Shown here piece after piece: positions 45,024-54,873 of a stretch of DNA of 64,000 nt (the first letter of the stretch is position 1; each line of letters starts with the position of its first letter). Source of the stretch: an uncultured Acidimicrobiales bacterium. GTDB lineage: Bacteria > Actinomycetota > Acidimicrobiia > Acidimicrobiales > VFJN01. Made by a program: the position numbers and the translations under genes. The notes under the pieces were generated by a model. The model ran no database searches. It was not told where the DNA came from and worked only from the letters and a program-made list of their open reading frames with translations. The stretch spans positions 253,284-317,283 of the forward strand of contig CAWJFG010000021.1 of NCBI GenBank assembly GCA_963842015.1. The letters are read 5' to 3'.

Positions 45024-45132
45024 GTGCTGACACTACGGGCAGTCGCGGCCGGGTTCGTGGGCACTGCCGATGGTGTCACGTCCGACGGGGGAGCGGTGTC
45101 TTCATGGCGAAACACCGACGCAAGGAGGACAC

Positions 45133-45726
45133 ATGTCCAGCACCCCACGGGTTCCGCAGGCCGAGATCACCGGTGTGTACGGGTGGTTGTTGAAGCGACT
45201 CAGCCGAAAGCACCTCGGCCAGGTCCCCGAGGCCGCCGGGAGTGATGTGGCACAACCGTGCCGTCCTCTTCAGCTCCATGGGGTTCGGTCGCAAGGTCGA
45301 GAAGTGGGACCAGCTCGATGCCGATCTCACGACGTACGCCCACATGGCGGTCGCCTCGCTGGTCGGTTGCTCCAGGGGCGTCGACTTCAACTACTTCAAG
45401 GCCCACAACGAGGGACTCGACGAAGCGAAGGCCAGCGAGGTGCCCCTGGTGGCGCGAGTCGACCGTGTTCTCGCCGCTCGAGCGTGACGTCATGGAGTAC
45501 GCCGAAGCGATGAGCGAGACGCCGCCGCGGGTCACCGACGAGCTGTCCGCCCGGCTGCTGAAGAAGCTCTGTGGTGCCGGCCCTGGTGGAGCTCACGGCT
45601 GTGGTCGGGTTCGCGAACTCCTCGACGAGGGGCAACACGGCCTTGGGCATCGAGTCCCAGGGGTTCTCCAAGGCGTGCAGGCTCCCGCTGGCGCAACCCT
45701 CGGTCAGGTCCGCGGCGTCGGCGTGA
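45133..45726 (+). pseudogene. Carboxymuconolactone decarboxylase (AhpD-like) family protein with 3 consecutive +1 frame breaks
   Basis: ATG 45133 follows an AAGGAGG RBS. The reading moves through frames 1, 2, 0 and 1. The segments are MSSTPRVPQAEITGVYGWLLKRLSRKHLGQVPEAAG, VMWHNRAVLFSSMGFGRKVEKWDQLDADLTTYAHMAVASLVGC, WRESTVFSPLERDVMEYAEAMSETPPRVTDEL and VPALVELTAVVGFANSSTRGNTALGIESQGFS. Confidence 0.7.
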
Positions 45727-45751
45727 GCGGCTGGACCAGCCGTCTGCCAGG

Positions 45752-46556
45752 GTGGCCGTGCTGGCCGAGCAGCGCCTCGATGGCGGGATCGCGGACGCGG
45801 GCCTGGTTGTATTCGTCGGTCCGCACGTGCTTCGCCCGTCGAGTCCACACACCGGTTCGATCCACGCCTTCCTGCGGGCGGTGAGACACGCCGGGTTCGA
45901 GGGCGCGCTCGTTGCCGGTCGGCATCGACGAGGACGGACGCGAGCGCCTCGTGTTCATCGACGGCGACGTCCCCGTGGCGCCCTATCCGGACTGGAGCCA
46001 GTCCGACGCCGCGCTGGCGTCCATCGCCCGGCTGCTGCGCGGGCTGCACGACGCCGCTCGCGGGTTCGACCCTCGAGGTCTCACCTGGAACGACGCGCTG
46101 GCCGACCCGGCGGGCGGCTCGCTCGTGTGCCACAACGACGTCGAGCTCTCGAACGTCGTCTTCCGTGACGGCATCGCGGTGGCGCTGCTCGACTTCGAGT
46201 TCGCGGCCCCCGGCCGCCCCGTCTACGACCTCGCCCAGCTCGCCCGCCTCTGCGTGCCGATCGACGACGACGCTCGACCAGGCCCGGCTCGGCTGGCGCC
46301 CCGCCGACCGGCCGGCCCGGCTCCGACTCGTCGCCGACGCCTACGGACTGGACCGGCGACGGTCGGCGCGGAGCTGCTCGGCGCCATGGACGATGCCATC
46401 GACCGCATCGAAGCGGCCGTCCGGCGCAGCGTCGACGCCGGCGACCCGAACGCCGTCGCGCATGTGGAACCGGACCGGTGGCAGCGAGCGCTACGACCGC
46501 CGGCGCCGCTGGTGGATGCGACCACCACGACCGAGTTCGCCGCCGCCCTCCGCTGA
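45752..46556 (+). pseudogene. Aminoglycoside/choline-kinase-type phosphotransferase (APH family) with about 5-6 frame breaks
   Basis: The pieces are spread over frames. They are HTGSIHAFLRAVRHAGFEGA, then VGIDEDGRERLVFIDGDV...LVCHNDVELSNVVFRDGIAVALLDFEFAAPGRPVYDLAQL (Brenner HxDxxxxN and DFE motifs), then LGWRPADRPARLRLVADAYGL, AELLGAMDDAIDRIEAAV, MWNRTGGSERYDRRRRWW and finally ...EFAAALR. Confidence 0.65.
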
Positions 46557-46562
46557 CGCCGG

Positions 46563-47061
46563 TCAGGTCGGCGCGGAGCGGGCCCGAGGAGCTCGACGCC
46601 GTAGCGGGCGGCGATCGGCCGAGAGCCTGCCCATCTCGCTTCCGGGGATCGGCGTCCGGCGTCGCGATCGCCGCGACCTCCTCGAAGAACGCCTCGAAGC
46701 CTCCTGGCATGGCGAGGCTCAGGTGCCGGCCGTGGTCCGAATGGACCTGGTAGCCGTGCGGCACACCTCGCGGTCCCCACACCCAGGTGCCTGGGGACGC
46801 CGTGATCACGTCGTCGCCGACGAACACGCGGTAGTCACCCTCGAGGACGTAGAACGCTTCGTCCTCGCGGTGATGCACGTGGAGAGGGGGGACGGACCCT
46901 CTCGGACCGGCGATTTCGACAGCACCGACGGAGCCGTCGGTGTCGCTCGTCGTCGCGAGGATACGCGATGCTTTGCTTGAAGAACCGGATCGGCACCTCG
47001 ACCTCCTTGCCGACGCTTCTCGTGCACCAGGGTGTTCGAGCAGGGCTCGGGACTCCAGCAT
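46563..47061 (-). pseudogene. Cupin-domain protein with about 4 frame breaks
   Basis: The core is GSVGAVEIAGPRGSVPPLHVHHREDEAFYVLEGDYRVFVGDDVITASPGTWVWGPRGVPHGYQ. The N-terminal (GKEVEVPIRFFKQSIA) and C-terminal (IAARYGVELLGPAP) pieces lie in other frames. The ends are approximate. Confidence 0.6.
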
Positions 47062-47216
47062 CGAGTTGGTTCCGACCCATACGTGTCGCCAGCATTCCCG
47101 CCTGACCGCCGGTAGGACATCCCGCAATCGAGGGGTGGGACATCACACGCCGTTCGGCAGCCGCCTGGGCGCGGGACATCGGTCGGACCCGTGGCGCGCC
47201 ACCGTACGATTCCACG

Positions 47217-47884
47217 GTGCCGTCTGCGCGTCGCAACGTCCCGAGTGAGCCCGTGCGAGGAGGCCACGTCGACCCCGGGTTCCCGGCCACGGCGTCGGAC
47301 CACCCGGCCACCTGGAAGTTCGACTTCCCGATCTACCACCCGCCGGACCTGGCGGCCTGGCGGGCGTGGCTGGCGCGAACCACGAGACCGCCCGCGGCGT
47401 GTGGGTCGCGTCGTGGAGGAAGGCCAGCGGGCGCGACCGGGTCCCCTACGAGCAGCTCGTCGAGGAGGCGATCTGCTTCGGCTGGATCGACTCGACGGTG
47501 AACACCCTCGACGACGAGCGCGGCCTGCAGCTCATGACGCCCCGCAAGCCCAAGAGCGGCTGGACCCGGCTCAACCGGCGGCGCTTCGCCGGCGCTGGAG
47601 GCGCAGGGGCGGATGACCGACGCCGGTCGCCGGGCCGTCGAGGTCGCCAAGGCCAACGGCTGGTGGACGATCTACGACGCGGTCGAGGACCTGATCGAGC
47701 CCGACGACCTGGCCGCGGCGCTCGACGCCTCCCCCGCGGCCCGTGCCGCGTGGGACGGCTTCCCGCCGTCGGCCCGCAAGCAGATGCTCTGGTGGATCGT
47801 CAGCGCCGGCAGGCCCGAGACCCGGGCCAGCCGCATCGCCAAGATCGTCACCGAGGCGAGCACGGCCGCCGCGCCGCCGGCTGA
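47217..47884 (+). pseudogene. YdeI/OmpD-associated (bacteriocin-protection-like) family protein with about 3 frame breaks
   Basis: The pieces are DLAAWRAWLA, then NHETARGVWVASWRKASGRDRVPYEQLVEEAICFGWIDSTVNTLDDERGLQLMTPRKPKSGWTRLNRRR, then MTDAGRRAVEVAKANGWWTIYD...FPPSARKQMLWWIVSAGRPETRASRIAKIV. The true start is uncertain. Confidence 0.6.
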
Positions 47885-47928
47885 CATCGTCGGGGCCGCC
47901 GGTCGACCCGAACCGTACGGTGGTCCGC

Positions 47929-48817
47929 ATGACCGGCGACCTGCGCGGCGCCATGACCTACCTGCAGGCCTCGATCGACGTCGGTGGACCGGAGCGGGAG
48001 GTGCGGCTGGCCGCGCCGCTGGACCGGGCTCCGAGCGGCTGGGGGGTCGTCGGCGTGCTGGGTCAGCCTCGACGACCCGTCCAGCCCTGGGGGAGCGCCC
48101 ATGGGTCGCCCGCCGGGTATCGAGAACGAACCTCGGCATGTGCCGGCTGTCTAAAAGGCGGCGTGGCGGCACACCGAAGCGTCGCACGAGGCGGAGGGGC
48201 AGCGCGGGTTACTGGGGGGCCAGGGCGCGGTCGAGGTGCACGCGGTCCAGCATCTCAAACGCCGACTCTAACACCACTGCGCTGCCGCTCCAGCGCTGCA
48301 CGTCGCCCACCCGAGCTGCGCGGCTCGCCCCGAGGCCGAGCAGACGTCGTCATCACCAACCGGCTCCGGTCCGTCTGGACCGTCGGCCTGCCGTGGCGCT
48401 ACCACCCGTTCCGTCCCCTTTCGGTGATGGCCGACGACTGGGTCGCGGGCGTGGTTAAGCGCGCACCTCGACGCGTACCCGGAGTCGATCCCGACGCCGG
48501 GGGCCGGCTCGCGAGGGAGTCTGCGCTGTTCCGCGAGCTGCCCGGAACTGGACCGACCGAGGTCCGGCCGTTCACCGACCTCCATGTGGTCTATGCGCTG
48601 TCCGGCCAGCGCTGCCCATGGCTGCTCATCGACCCCAAGCCGTACGTCGGCGATCCCCACTACGACGTCCTGCAGCACCTACTCAACTGCAACGGCTTGC
48701 CGCGGGCGCGGGCCGACCCGATCGGGCTGCTTGCCTCAGGTCGCCGATCTGGCCGGTCTGAACGCCTGACGGGTCCGGCAATGGCTCTTCGCGCGATCAG
48801 TCCAGGAAGAGCCTTGA
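47929..48817 (+). pseudogene. APH(6)/streptomycin-kinase-like phosphotransferase, heavily broken (many frame switches and two in-frame TAA)
   Basis: Recognisable pieces are PAV*KAAWRHTEASHEAEG..GGQGAVEVHAVQ, YHPFRPLSVMADDWVAG, PWLLIDPKPYVGDPHYDVLQHLLNC, VADLAGLNA and RVRQWLFARSVQEEP. The ends are approximate. Confidence 0.5.
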
Positions 48818-49124
48818 AGCCGACGTGACGTGGGGCCGGGGCTCGACGAAGTGCGCTGGCAGGGGCTGGGCGGCCCGTAGTCGACCACCTCGGCGGCCCG
48901 GCTGGCTCGGCACGGAGACCGTGCGACGTCAGACGCTCCACCACCAGCGGTTCCAGCGCCGCCTTGCCTCCCGCCACCCTCAACGTACGACGGGGCGGGG
49001 GGATTGCTGCAAGTCGGGTTTGCCGCTTCACTCGACGGGTCGTGCTCGTGATCGGTCGGAGAGCACGGGACACATCCACCGCGCGCCGAGCGGTCGCGCG
49101 TCCGAGAGTCCGGGGGAGAACGTC

Positions 49125-50713
49125 ATGGACCTCACCAGCGCCTCCGACGAGCTGGACGCCGACGTGATCATCGTGGGCGCCGGCCCGATCGGCCTGATGC
49201 TGGCCGGTGAGCTGGGCCTGGCCGGCGTGCGACCGCTGGTGCTCGAGCGGCGGCCGCAGCCCAGCGAGATCCCGAAGGCCGGCGGTCTCAGCGGGCAGAT
49301 CCTGGAGCTGTTGCGCTACCGAGGCGTGCTCGAGCGATTCGAAGCCGCCAGCACCGGCCCCCGGCCGGCTCCCCGATTCCCGTGGGGCGGCATGCACGTG
49401 GACTTCACCCAGCTGGCCGATCCCCCGATGGAGGCGATGCCGCTCCCACAACCGCTGCTCGAGCGCCTGCTCGCCGAGCTCGCCGGCGAGCTCGGTGCCG
49501 AGATCCGCCGCGGGCAGCGAGGTCATCGGGCTGAGCCAGGACGACGCCACGGTGACCGCGGACGTGCGCGGCCCGGACGGGCCGTATCGGGTGACCGCCC
49601 GCTACCTCGTCGGCTGCGACGGCGCGCAGCAGCCGGGTGCGCGACCTGGCCGGCATCCCGTTCCCCGGCATCACGTACCCGGAGGTCCAGCGGCTCGCCC
49701 AGGTCACCGTGCCCGACTCGGTGACCGTGCTCGACAACGGCGACATCGACGTCGCCGGCGTGGGCAGGATCACCTTCGGCTTCACACGGACCGAGCGCGG
49801 TGAGTTCGCCCTCGGGTCGACCGACCCCGCGCTCCTGGGGCTGTTCACCAGCGAGGACGAGTCCGCCGACTACGACGACGACGAGCCGATGACCGTGACC
49901 GAGCTCCGGGACAGCATCCGCCGCGTGCTCGGCGTGGATCTGCCCTTGGGAGAACCGACGCGGCTGACGCGCTTCACCTTTCACGCCCGACAGGTCGAGC
50001 GATACCGCGACGGGCGGATCCTGCTGGCCGGCGATGCCGCCCACCTGTTCCCCGCCCCCGGCGTGGCCCTCAACGCCGGCCTGCTCGACACCGTCAACCT
50101 CGGCTGGAAGCTGGCCGCCGCCATCCACGGCTGGGCGCCGGCCGGCCTGCTGGACACGTATCACGACGAACGCCACCTCGCCGGCGAACGCACCTTGCTC
50201 CACACCCGAGCCCAGGTGGCGCTGCGGCGCGGCCACGACCCGGCCGCCGACGCACTCCGGGAGCTCTTCCAGGAACTGCTCGTCGACGAGCAGCCGCTGC
50301 GCCGCATCGGCGCCCTCATGGCCGGCTCCGACGTCCGCTACCCGCCACCCGGCCACGACCACCACGCCTTGATCGGCACCTTCGCACCCGACCTCGCCCT
50401 GCGCACCGACCAGGGCGCAACGAGCGTCGCGGAGCTCATGCACACCGCACGGCCCATCTTCCTCGACCTCGCCGACCGCGCCGACCTCCGCGAGATCGCC
50501 CGAGACTGGCGGCATCGCATCGACATCCACACCGCCGAAACCGATCACCGACCAGCCGACGCCATCCTGATCCGCCCGGACGCCCACATCGCCTGGGCCG
50601 CGACCATCGACGAACCCACCGACACCGCCGCGCCCGCGCTGCGAGAGGCGCTCTCCGACTGGTTCGGCACACCCGCGAGAGCGACAATGCCCTTCCCCGA
50701 TCGGCCCTCCTGA
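49125..50713 (+). pseudogene. FAD-dependent aromatic-ring monooxygenase (rifampicin-monooxygenase/Rox-like) with two +1 frame breaks (about 49505-49515 and 49625-49640)
   Basis: DVIIVGAGPIGLMLAGELGLAGVRPLVLER dinucleotide fold, YLVGCDGAQ, RILLAGDAAHLFPAPGVALNAGLLDTVNLGWKLAA and LLDTYHDERH are present. The reading moves through frames 0, 1 and 2. Confidence 0.8.
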
Positions 50714-50741
50714 TCGGGACCGAACCCGCTGGAGGTGTCAG

Positions 50742-51232
50742 ATGGCCGTCTCGTACCAGTTGGTGATCGACTGCACGTCACCCGAACCGCTGGCGCTCTT
50801 ACGGGCCGAGGCGTTGCACTACGTCGTCGCACCTCCGCCGCCGGGCTTCGACTCGTGGGACGACTACTTCAGGTCACTCGGTGTGCCCGAGGACGAGCTC
50901 GGCCGCGGCATCGATCGGATCGAGGATCCCAAGGGTGAGGGTCCGAGCATCTGGTTCCAGATCGTCCCCGAGAAGAAGATCCGGATCAAGAACCGCATCC
51001 ACATCGACGTGCACGCGAGCGGTGATCGCAGCTTCGTGGCCGAGCTTCGGCGCGAGCGGGTCGAGGCCGAGGGGGCGCGTCTCGTGTCGCTGGGTGCCGA
51101 CGCGGCTGCACACGATCGTCGAGGAGGGTTTGGACCACGACCGCGGTGGCGCTGTCGGATCCCGAAGGCAACGAGTTCGACATCAACGAGGGGGGGCACG
51201 AGCTCTCGTCGCCGGCGAGATGGACGACCTGA
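50742..51232 (+). pseudogene. Glyoxalase-like (VOC) domain protein with two +1 frame breaks
   Basis: Three segments in different frames: MAVSYQLVIDCTSPEPLA...IWFQIVPEKKIRIKNRIHIDVHASGD...VEAEGARLVSLGA, TRLHTIVEEGLDH and VALSDPEGNEFDINE. Confidence 0.6.
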
Positions 51233-51433
51233 CACGCAGCCACCCGGCACCACCGCTCGATCGGCGAGACCGAATCGGCCGCCACCATCGAGCGGCAGGC
51301 CGAGCTCCTGCGCCAGATCCTGACAACTGCACCGTGAGCGCAGCCCTCCCACGAACCTCGGCGGACAGCAGCTCCAGCCACACGGCGGCGCTTCTCATTC
51401 GGGCCCCGTCTCGCGGGCCTTATCGTTCACGGC

Positions 51434-52268
51434 GTGGTGCGACTCGGCTCGGGAGAGCGGGCGAGGCTCCCGGATCGTGCCTTCGCGCACGTCGACGGCC
51501 ATGGCCGGCGGCTGCTGCCGATCCATGACGCCAGCCACGTCCGCAATGCCCTCGCTCGGTTCAACCAGGTCAGGTTCGAGAACGACGCCGCCCGGGATCG
51601 TGCCCGCAAGCGGCTCCTCAACGCGGCCAAGAGGTTCAGGATCGTGCCGGTCGGGTTCATCTCCAACGAGCTTCGCTCCGAGCGCGAGCTCGGGCGCCGG
51701 GACCACGAGCCGAGGCGGTTGCCCTCGGGGTTCGTGACCATGCTCCTCACCGACATCGAGGGATCGACTGCGCTGGTCCGTCGCCTCGGCGACAGCTATG
51801 GCGACCTGCTCGAGCGCGTCAGGGCCCTACTCGGGACTCGGCGGCTCGGGACCGGTGGCCAGGTGGTCGAGACCCACGCCGACGAGTTCTTCGCCGTGTT
51901 CGAACGACCCGCGGTCGGCCTCGCCACGGCGTTGGCCGTGCCGCGGGAGCTGCGGGCGAGGACGCTCGCCGGCGACGAGGACGTCCGCGTCCGGGTCGGG
52001 ATCCACAGCGGCTACCCGACGCTGGCCAAGGCGAACTACCTCGGCCTCGCCGTCCACGTGGCAGCGCGGAACTGCGACGCGTCGCACGGTGGGCAGATCG
52101 TCGTGTCCGGCGACTCGGCACCACGATCCGAGGCCACCTGCCGGACGGCGTGCGCTGCAGAAGCTCGGGACGTACACGCTCCGGGGCCTGCCCGAGGACG
52201 TCGAGCTCTCCCAGGTCGCGGCCCCGGGACTCGTGCGCCGCTTCCCCCCGTTGAGGGCCTCCCGGTAG
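51434..52268 (+). pseudogene. Class III adenylate/guanylate cyclase with an unusual N-terminal module; two -1 frame breaks near 52105-52150
   Basis: The cyclase core is VTMLLTDIEGSTALVRRLGDSYGDLLE...ETHADEFFAVF...VRVGIHSGYP...GLAVHVAARNCDASHGGQIVVSGD. It continues as TTIRGHLPDGVR, then LQKLGTYTLRGLPEDVELSQVAAPGLVRRFPPLR in other frames. Confidence 0.7.
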
Positions 52269-52289
52269 CGCCGGTGCGCGGGGCGGACA

Positions 52290-53196
52290 TCACGGTTGGA
52301 GGACATACCTTCCGCGCACGCCGCCGTTCGGCGACCACGCGGTGGGTGGCGGCGACCTGGTCGAGCGGTACGACGGCGTGCACCCGGGCCGGCAGGCGGC
52401 CGCTCGCGGTGACATCAAGGAGCGGGGCGAGCCGGGCACCGTCGGGCGCGGTGACCACCACCCGGACCGTGACGCCGCGTTCCCTGCGGGGGCCGCACCG
52501 GGCTGTATGCCGACGAAGAGGCCGCCGTCGCGGACCAGCGCGAAGCCGCGCTCCTGGAGCACAGCGCCGTCGCCGACCACGTCCCAGCCGGACGCGGCCT
52601 GTGCGGTGAAGTCGGCGCCGAGGCTGCGGACGAACGTCTCGTCGTCGGCCCGGGCCAGTCCGGTGACCCGCCAGCCACGGTCCTGGGCGAGCGGGATCAC
52701 GTAGCCGCCGACCGCACCGGCGGCCCCGGTGACCAGCAGGCGCCGGCCTTCGCCGTCGCCGAGCAGGTCGACCATCTGGGCGGCGGCCAGGCCGTTGAGG
52801 GGGACCGTCGCGGCCGTGGTCAGGTCGAGACCGTCGGGCACGAGGGCCACGTCGCTCGCCGGGAGGACGAGCTGCTCGGCGTAGGTGCCGAAGTCGCGGT
52901 CAAACCCGTCGATCAGCCCCGCGACCCGGCTGCCGAGCGGGAGGTCGACGCGAGACCGAAGGCGGTGACGGTGCCGGCGAAGTCCCAGCCCAGGCCGGTG
53001 TGATCGGGCTGGTGGCTCACCCGCGCCGGTGGAACAGACCGGCGGCGACGGCCACGTCGACGGGGTTGACCGCGGCAACGGCGATCTCGACCCGAACCTG
53101 GCCCGCCCGGGTTCGACGACGGGGACGTCGATGATCTCGATGGAGTCGGGGCCGTCCGGGGGTGCGGACGAGGGCGGCGCGGAAGGTGCTTCCCAT
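52290..53196 (-). pseudogene. Zinc-independent MDR-family NADPH:quinone oxidoreductase with at least 5 frame breaks
   Basis: ATG 53196 has an AGGAGA RBS. The pieces are IEIIDVPVVEPG, HQPDHTGLGWDFAGTVTAFG, then SRVAGLIDGFDRDFGTYAEQLVLPASDVALVPDGLDLTTAATVPLNGLAAAQMV..RLLVTGAAGAVGGYVIPLAQDRGWRVTG, then LPARVHAVVPLDQVAATHRVV, ending in GGVRGRYVLQP. Confidence 0.7.
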
Positions 53197-53265
53197 GTTC
53201 GTCTCCTGTGGAAGGGTCGGTGTTGGTCCCCCACGATGGACCTGTTACTCTCCTTTGGGAAGTAG

Positions 53266-53288
53266 GCACCTCGAGGTGCGTTTCGCAC
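53266..53288. promoter_or_regulatory. Overlapping palindromes in the qor/hxlR divergent region (candidate HxlR operator)
   Basis: GCACCTCGAGGTGC is a perfect 14-bp palindrome (53266-53279). It overlaps GTGCGTTTCGCAC (53276-53288). Confidence 0.4.
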
Positions 53289-53312
53289 CGAGCGGTGCGG
53301 GAGGAGCGGTCG

Positions 53313-53765
53313 ATGGCGTCGATGACGGCAGCCCAGAAGCGGGCGCAGGCGAAGGCGGACTACGACGCGTTCCTGGCCGGCTGCCCCAGCCGGCAGCTGC
53401 TCGACCGGATCTCCGACAAGTGGGTGGCGCTGGTCCTCGCCACGCTGGGCGGCGACGGGCCGCACCCCGGGGGAGACTGCGCGGGCGAGCCGCGGTCGAT
53501 GCGCTATTCCGAGCTGGCCCGCCGGCTGGCCGGGGTAAGCCAGAAGATGCTGACCCAGACGCTGCGCTCGCTGGAACGCGACGGCCTGGTCGGCCGCACG
53601 GTGACGCCGACCGTGCCCGTCACGGTCACCTACGAGCTGACCGACCTCGGGTCCTCGCTCCACGACGTGATGCGCGACCTCAAGCTGTGGGCGGAGGCGC
53701 ACATGGACGAGGTGCTCGCCAGCCGCGGAAGATACGACGTGGCTAGCCTTCGATCGGAGGGATGA
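53313..53765 (+). CDS. HxlR family winged-helix transcriptional regulator
   Basis: Intact ORF: CPSRQLLDRISDKWVALVLATL...MRYSELARRLAGVSQKMLTQTLRSLERDGLVGRTVTPTVPVTVTYELTDLG. A GGGAGGAG RBS is present. Confidence 0.85.
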   Translation: MASMTAAQKRAQAKADYDAFLAGCPSRQLLDRISDKWVALVLATLGGDGPHPGGDCAGEPRSMRYSELARRLAGVSQKMLTQTLRSLERDGLVGRTVTPTVPVTVTYELTDLGSSLHDVMRDLKLWAEAHMDEVLASRGRYDVASLRSEG

Positions 53766-53818
53766 TGAGGCGAAACGTGCCACGGACAACGGCTGCATCG
53801 AAGATCTCGGCGAACGGC

Positions 53819-54195
53819 TCAGCCGTCCAGGGCTTTGAGCATGCGCTTCGCACAACCCAGGCGGTACGACGCATCCGCGAGCTCCGCGCGCACCTCGTCC
53901 CAGTCGACGGGAGCGGCCTGGAATCGAGAGCAAGCCAGCCGCTCGGACCGAAGTACGGCGGCGAGTAGAAGCGCTCGTCCTCGAGCAGGGGCGCCCGCTC
54001 GTCGCTGTCCGGCTTGAAGATCCGGCCCCAGGGGCGTTCTTCCGTTCCGGAGAACACGCCGAAGATCTTCTTGCCGGCACGGAAGGTGGGCCGGCCCCGC
54101 GCCTCGACCTCGACCGACTCGGGGAAGGCCAGGAGCACCTCGCGGAGTCCCGCCAGATACGGGTCGTCGTCCTGGTACATCCGGGGATGAGCCAT
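53819..54195 (-). pseudogene. MmcQ/YjbR family protein with one -1 frame break at about 53925-53935
   Basis: MAHPRMYQDDDPYLAGLREVLLAFPESVEVEARGRPTFRAGKKIFGVF...YFGPSGWLALD, then FQAAPVDWDEVRAELADASYRLGCAKRMLKALDG in another frame. Confidence 0.65.
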
Positions 54196-54331
54196 GCCCG
54201 GGGAGCGGTCTTGGACGAAACGAACAGGTGGGGTGCCACGCCCGGCGCCGCCGTCGTGGGGATTTCTCCCGTGGCCTGTCGATCTCGGCGGGCCTCGTTG
54301 GTCGTCACCACAGGAACGAAGGGAGACCACC

Positions 54332-54873
54332 ATGCGCACGGTCGTGCTGTACCAACTGCTCTCGCTCGACGGAGTGGCCGAAGAGCCCGGGGGACTGGTT
54401 CGCCGACGACGGCCCCGAGATGTTCGACAACCTGCGTGCCGTGATCGAGCCGCAGGAGACCGTGCTGCTCGGCCGCGGGACCTACGACTACTGGGTGGAC
54501 TTGTGGCCAACGTCGGGATCTCGAGCCGTTCGCCAGCTTCGTCAACGGAACCGACAAGCACGTGTTCACCTCGCACCCACCGTCCGATGCGTGGCCGAAC
54601 ACGACCTTCGTCACGACCTCGGCGGTCGATCACGTCGCCGAGATCAAGCAGGGAGACGGCGGGGACATCGGCATCCACGGGAGCATCTCGGTCGCCCGCT
54701 CGCTGCTGAGGGCGGGCCTCGTCGACGAGCTGCGGCTCGTCGTGGCCCCGACGGTCGCCGGCCGCGGTCGGCGCCTGTTCGACGACGACGCGCCGATGCA
54801 GCGGCTCGACCTGGACGAGGTCGAACGCACGCCTGCGGGGTCGCTGTTCCTCACGTACCGCCGCCGCGGATGA
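54332..54873 (+). pseudogene. Dihydrofolate-reductase-family (RibD C-terminal-like) protein with two +1 frame breaks
   Basis: Three segments in different frames: MRTVVLYQLLSLDGVAEEPG, DWFADDGPEMFDNLRAVIEPQETVLLGRGTYDYWVDLWPTSG, and FVNGTDKHVFTS...GDIGIHGSISVARSLLRAGLVDELRLVVAPTVAGRGRRLF...GSLFLTYRRRG. Confidence 0.7.
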
